Below are positions 59,785-64,000 of a stretch of 64,000 bases of DNA, one piece after another. The DNA lies in the IMG/VR virus record IMGVR_UViG_3300037067_009442, positions 93,721 through 157,720 of that record, one strand, 5' to 3'. The DNA comes from a virus. Taxonomy: Duplodnaviria > Heunggongvirae > Uroviricota > Caudoviricetes. A program made the translations under genes and the position numbers. The notes beneath the pieces were generated by a model. The model ran no database searches. It saw only the letters and a program-made list of their open reading frames with translations, and had not been told where the DNA came from. Positions within the stretch are counted from its first letter, which is position 1; each line of letters opens with the position of its first letter.

Positions 59785-60069
59785 ATGCCAACTAAGGAAG
59801 AGATAACTGAGAGGCAACTAAAGCACTTCCGTAAGACAGGGCATGTCCCGAAACTTGTCCGGGACAGGGCCCTCAATCACCTTGGAGTGGCTTGCTCTAC
59901 TTGCTCCAATAACACTGATTGGGAAGTGATCTCGGTTGAACAAGCTCTTGCCCTTCACCCTAGTGGTGAGGTTGTTCAGATTTACTTGGAGGTGCTAGAT
60001 AAACTGAAGCCGCCTCCGGAAGTGGTACCTGACTCGCCTACTCGGTTCGAGCGAGAGGACGTCATCTGA
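59785..60069 (+). CDS. hypothetical protein with TRFER tag
   Basis: Ends SPTRFEREDVI*. Confidence 0.75.
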   Translation: MPTKEEITERQLKHFRKTGHVPKLVRDRALNHLGVACSTCSNNTDWEVISVEQALALHPSGEVVQIYLEVLDKLKPPPEVVPDSPTRFEREDVI

Positions 60070-61152
60070 AGATCAGAGAGTGATCCGAAGCAAAGCCTCT
60101 CGGATCAGAGTGTCGACCTGAGCCTTGGTAAACCCAATCGACCCAAAGAATTCTTCAGCCTCCTCAACCGTCCGAAGGAGCCTACTTACCCTTGGTCCCG
60201 GTTTGGCTTTAGTGGGCCTGCCCTCACCGACTTGAGGGATCCAGGAGTCCCCCAGGTGGAGCTTTTTCCTCGCAGATTCAGGGCTTTCTGCCACAACAAT
60301 GGTTACCCGGTACGCTCTTTTACTCAGGGCAATATCAGCGTAGGTGTACTTGAACATCAGTCCTGATTCTTACACCAGAGGTATTCGGCCTCATGTTCTT
60401 GGATTTACACGTGGACTTGATTACTTCTCTGTTGTAGTCTTGAGGGATGGTAAACCCCAGCGAATTCGAATCACAGGTCAATACCTGCGGGAAATGAAGT
60501 ATGGCGTTTAGTGATAAGGTGAAAGCTATACCTAGGTACGAGACTATCGTACTAAGAAACTCTGGGGTGGAGAGAAGACTGGAATTACTGGAACGGTTAC
60601 TCAAAGGTGAGGAGTTGGAGTGTAAGACAAAGGATGGTAGTTGGGCACCCTTCAGTATAGGTATCCCTCAGGGTCCTGGTGTCATCTTGGTCCCGCACGT
60701 TGGGACCTCTGATGTTTCGATTCCATTCCCTCTAGAGATGCTCCTCAACTACGAGTGGCGGGTAAAAGTGAAGTTGAGATTGGTAGGATCAGCCGATGGA
60801 AAATGACAGCTGCCCGGGTTGCGAACACAATCCAGTACTAGATGCGATCCAAACTAGGTTTCGGGAGGGAGTATTCGAACTCTTTTCGAGATCCGTCGCG
60901 GAAGCTCACAAAGCCTTCTCTCCCGAGGAGTTGGAGCAGTGCGAGAGAAGAGACGGATTTGCTCTAGCTATGGCTGACGACTTGCTGTACCTAGCGGCCA
61001 AGGTTTATGACTACGAGGGGGTCCCTAATTCGGAGGCCATTTACCAGTTGGCTCAAGAGCTGGAAAGGGTTGAGAACGAAGACCGTGAAGAGGGTCCTAG
61101 GATGGTAATAGGACTGGTAGCTAAGCCTCCCCCATCTTCTGATGCTAATTAG

Positions 61153-61181
61153 TTGAGATCTGAGCTCCTCAACCGTAGTAT
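61153..61181 (+). promoter_or_regulatory. sigma70-type promoter, leaderless
   Basis: TTGAGA-N17-TAGTAT; ATG 61187. Confidence 0.8.
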
Positions 61182-61716
61182 GAACTATGCCCTCCAACGT
61201 AGACCGATTTCTCATTCGTAGTATCACCTTCGCCCGGAACCCGGCTTGTCGGGATACTAATGGTGAGATCGAACATTGGAAAATTGAGGTCTGGGGTCTG
61301 ACCAAAAAAACTAAGGAGCCCTTTGAGGTTACTGGGGAGTTGGAGTTTGTAACTATTCCTGAGAGGTGGGACGGGTTCACTCCGATCCCAGCACACCAGA
61401 TAGAGATCCCTGGTGTTCGATTGAGTACTACAGCCCTTCGAACCTTTCAGGAAGCTGCTGAGTTAGCCAATACTCGAGCCCTCTGTGTTAGTGGTTACAT
61501 GGGCCCTGACTTCCCACATATACTGAGTATAGTAAGAGACTACCGAGTCAACCCTACTTCAGGTGACATAAGGAGCAGTCGTGTTGGGCACTAAGTTCAT
61601 GAAAAACCAGAGGAAGATCTGTAACCGGCGGTACCGGAAGGTAGCTCACCGCTTCGGGCAAGTCTACCAGCCCCGCCGAATTCGTAGAGAGTGGGCAGAT
61701 TCCCAAGAAGTATCGG

Positions 61717-61745
61717 TTGAGATCCGAGAGTCTCGTACGTAGTAG
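61717..61745 (+). promoter_or_regulatory. sigma70-type promoter, leaderless
   Basis: TTGAGA-N17-TAGTAG; ATG 61751. Confidence 0.7.
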
Positions 61746-61750
61746 TTACT

Positions 61751-62176
61751 ATGACCTACGTAACTCCGTCGACAGAAGCTGGTTGGAAAGCCTTAGCTCG
61801 GAAGCTCGGATACGGAACTAACGTCGCAGCCCTGAAGAAGGACTCTCAGGAGACAGATGCGATTCTCAGTGAGGTTGAGACTGAAGAGAGACTCCTCAGT
61901 CAGATTGAGGTTATTGAGGAGGAAGCCCAGGATAAAATGGGAGTTCTTGCTCTCGAGTTCCGTACCAAGGTTCTCATTCCCTTCTGTCGTAGGTACAACC
62001 TAACCTTCAAGGCAGGCATGGGGAGCTATGTCTTTGTCGACTCTAAGGGGGAAGTTGATTACGGTGATGAAGAGCGCCCCTGGATCAAAACCATGAGTGA
62101 GATGTTGGACAACTCGGCGATGAGTCAGTCCTTTGGCTCTTGGTTCGAGGACATCACGATTGAAGACCTGGTGTAG
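61751..62176 (+). CDS. hypothetical protein, paralogue of 47076..47405
   Basis: Shared C-terminal domain; both have own promoter. Confidence 0.75.
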   Translation: MTYVTPSTEAGWKALARKLGYGTNVAALKKDSQETDAILSEVETEERLLSQIEVIEEEAQDKMGVLALEFRTKVLIPFCRRYNLTFKAGMGSYVFVDSKGEVDYGDEERPWIKTMSEMLDNSAMSQSFGSWFEDITIEDLV

Positions 62177-62583
62177 TAGGTAATACATGTCAGCCCCATG
62201 GGATCCTAGCTGGCAGTGGGAGTTTGCTCCCGATATTCGTTGAAGGGCTTTATGCCATCAGAACCAGATGACCTAAGGGATACCGGCTGTCTATTCACCT
62301 TGGTAGAGTTCGAGGATAAGGCTCAAGAGTTTGTCCACCTAGTCTCGAAGTTTACCTCCGATATTGAATGGGAGGTTCGAGAGGGGGTCCCTGAAGGTTT
62401 CCTCCCTGTCTTGGACTGCAAGGAGACTCCCAATTGGTCTGTAGTGGCTTGGCCAAAAGGGCGCCCCGGGTACATGCAGGCCTATATGGATCTCCTTAGT
62501 ACCTTAGGTTACCTGCAAGAGTTGATTGAGCTCCCTTCAGTCAAGTTCCCTCTTGAGGTAGTTCCTTGTTGAGAGGTTAGGGT

Positions 62584-62883
62584 ATGAAACTTCACCCCGA
62601 AACTAACAGCTCAGGTCAAATTCAAGGATTCTCCTTCTTCTGCCCTGGGTGCGGTCACCTACACATTTTCTACACGACAGGCCCTCTCATTTGGAGCTTT
62701 GATGGTAACCATGAGAGCCCAACGTTCTCTCCTTCTCTCCTGAATACTTGTGACAACCACCCTGACTCTAAGCAGCGTCGGTGCCACCTGAACCTAACAG
62801 CGGGGAAGTTGGTGTTTCATGGGGACTGCAGCCATGATAAAGCAGGTCAAGTTCTCGAGCTCTTGGATCGGCTACCTGAATGA
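62584..62883 (+). CDS. DUF6527-like protein
   Basis: FFCPGCG..H...WSFDG..ESPTFSPSLL...CH...G...F..DCSH...GQ. Confidence 0.8.
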   Translation: MKLHPETNSSGQIQGFSFFCPGCGHLHIFYTTGPLIWSFDGNHESPTFSPSLLNTCDNHPDSKQRRCHLNLTAGKLVFHGDCSHDKAGQVLELLDRLPE

Positions 62884-63149
62884 TCTTCTGTAGTAATTGC
62901 AAATGGGCCCCAGCAATGCCCGAAGTAGGGAATGGAAAGCCTTACTCAGGGAAGTGCTCTCAGGGTTTTGACGTGAGTTACCGGAACATTATCAGGGACT
63001 TGAGAAGAAAACCAAAGTACCGACTGGTCAGCTTTGGGAGTACATGTCACCTTCGGAAGTCCAAGCTTTCTGAGTTTACTCGGTTCGACAGGCTTCTTGC
63101 GGATGACTCCTATTTATTCGGAGAGGGCTCTAAGTCTAGAAAAGACTAG
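62880..63149 (+). CDS. four-Cys protein with TRFER-type tag
   Basis: CSNCKW..CSQG..CH; FTRFDRLLADDSYLFG. Confidence 0.7.
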   Translation: MIFCSNCKWAPAMPEVGNGKPYSGKCSQGFDVSYRNIIRDLRRKPKYRLVSFGSTCHLRKSKLSEFTRFDRLLADDSYLFGEGSKSRKD

Positions 63150-63202
63150 ATTTGAACGGATTCTTGAGGACGAGGATTGAGTCCGCCGGTGTAATAGGGT
63201 CC

Positions 63203-63484
63203 ATGGCAGACCTGCGTCAGATTGATCGAACAGTCACCTACTTGATCCAAGAATTAAAGGGATCAGGTCAGATTGTACAAGCCTATACAGTTGGAGCAGA
63301 CAAGTCGAGCCAAGACTTAGTCGATGCGATTCACTACGTAGGCGTGAATGACCAGTTCAACCTTAGGATACTACCCGGGGCCTTTGTGGCGGACAACATC
63401 GAAGCTTTGCTTACTGCTCGGGACGTATTCGGAAACCCCTCCCTCAAACCCCTCTGCTCTCTCAACCCACTACCACGGAAGTAA
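63203..63484 (+). CDS. hypothetical protein
   Basis: ATG 9 nt after CGGTGTA. Confidence 0.6.
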   Translation: MADLRQIDRTVTYLIQELKGSGQIVQAYTVGADKSSQDLVDAIHYVGVNDQFNLRILPGAFVADNIEALLTARDVFGNPSLKPLCSLNPLPRK

Positions 63485-63487
63485 GCC

Positions 63488-63934
63488 ATGGAACTAACTG
63501 AAGCACTTCAAAAGATCTGGGCCAAGATTGACAACCCTCATTCGATGTGTCCCGACGTTGAGATAGGTTACGTTCGTCAGGTCCTAGCAGAGGTCCTAGC
63601 AGAGGCTTTGAGTCAGGACCTCACTCTCACCCAAGAGGTTGACAGGTTCGTCTTAGGGAGCATCCTCGTCGCCCCTGCCACGGGTATGGACCTAAGTATG
63701 AGTTGGTATGATTCGAAGAGAGTCTATACGAAAACACCTGATCCTGAGGATGGTGACTATGAGAGCTCAGCGCATACCAAGGCTCTCGAAGCTTACTTTG
63801 AGGCTGAGTCTCAGGAACATCAACTGAGAAGTAGAGAAGCTCAAGAGGCCCTAGGGAGATTAGAGCAGGCGGGTCTTGTCCTCTTGAAAGAAGACTCCGA
63901 CGGGGGCCCTACTAAGTTTCATGCGGTAACCTGA
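63488..63934 (+). CDS. hypothetical protein
   Basis: 148-aa ORF in operon. Confidence 0.6.
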   Translation: MELTEALQKIWAKIDNPHSMCPDVEIGYVRQVLAEVLAEALSQDLTLTQEVDRFVLGSILVAPATGMDLSMSWYDSKRVYTKTPDPEDGDYESSAHTKALEAYFEAESQEHQLRSREAQEALGRLEQAGLVLLKEDSDGGPTKFHAVT

Positions 63935-64000
63935 TGGCCTACTGTGACTTCTGTGAGTGTCCTATGTGCCAAACTGGGGATACCTACTCGGGGGATAAGC

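Noticed and set aside
1714-63149. TRFER as a DNA-level repeat or mobile element end
   Set aside because: Synonymous codons vary across copies (multiple Arg codons, both Phe and Glu codons); only the amino acids are conserved.
1714-63149. TRFER as the eukaryotic KFERQ chaperone-autophagy motif
   Set aside because: Lacks the required flanking Gln, and the context is bacterial (sigma70 promoters, lipoboxes); resemblance treated as coincidental.

Overview
This 64-kb window looks like part of a large (jumbo-type) bacteriophage genome: about 130 mostly short, tightly packed or overlapping ORFs, few with Shine-Dalgarno sites, and no recognisable capsid, polymerase, tRNA, rRNA or CRISPR. Recognisable genes include a tandem HNH and GIY-YIG endonuclease pair, UDP-glucuronate decarboxylase (uxs-like), a J-domain (HPD) protein, an R2K-type ATP-grasp protein, a radical SAM protein, a cyclic-phosphate receiver-like protein, an L7/L12-CTD-like domain, DUF3307-, DUF4419-, DUF3268- and DUF6527-like proteins, and two lipoproteins. 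Main discovery: about 32 otherwise unrelated ORFs carry the same C-terminal peptide, (P)TRFER, followed by either E[EDP]VI-stop or IL plus a short, mostly acidic tail. The peptide is encoded by varied synonymous codons, so it is conserved as protein, and about 12 carriers form a four-Cys family. This suggests an undescribed C-terminal sorting, docking or degradation tag system. Other patterns: a shared acidic N-terminal motif (D[IV]E[DES][FY]W[ED]) on 5 ORFs; 14 sigma70-type TTGAGA-N17-TAG(G/T)AT promoters, 13 apparently leaderless; a second start-linked motif GGTGTA-N8-13-start (20 copies); and a structured 6.2-8.3 kb control locus (ATGAAC-N11-CTACATGTA sites, 23-bp perfect hairpin, 19 x 36-bp array, flanking inverted repeats). 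Family names are from motif recognition by eye, not database searches.
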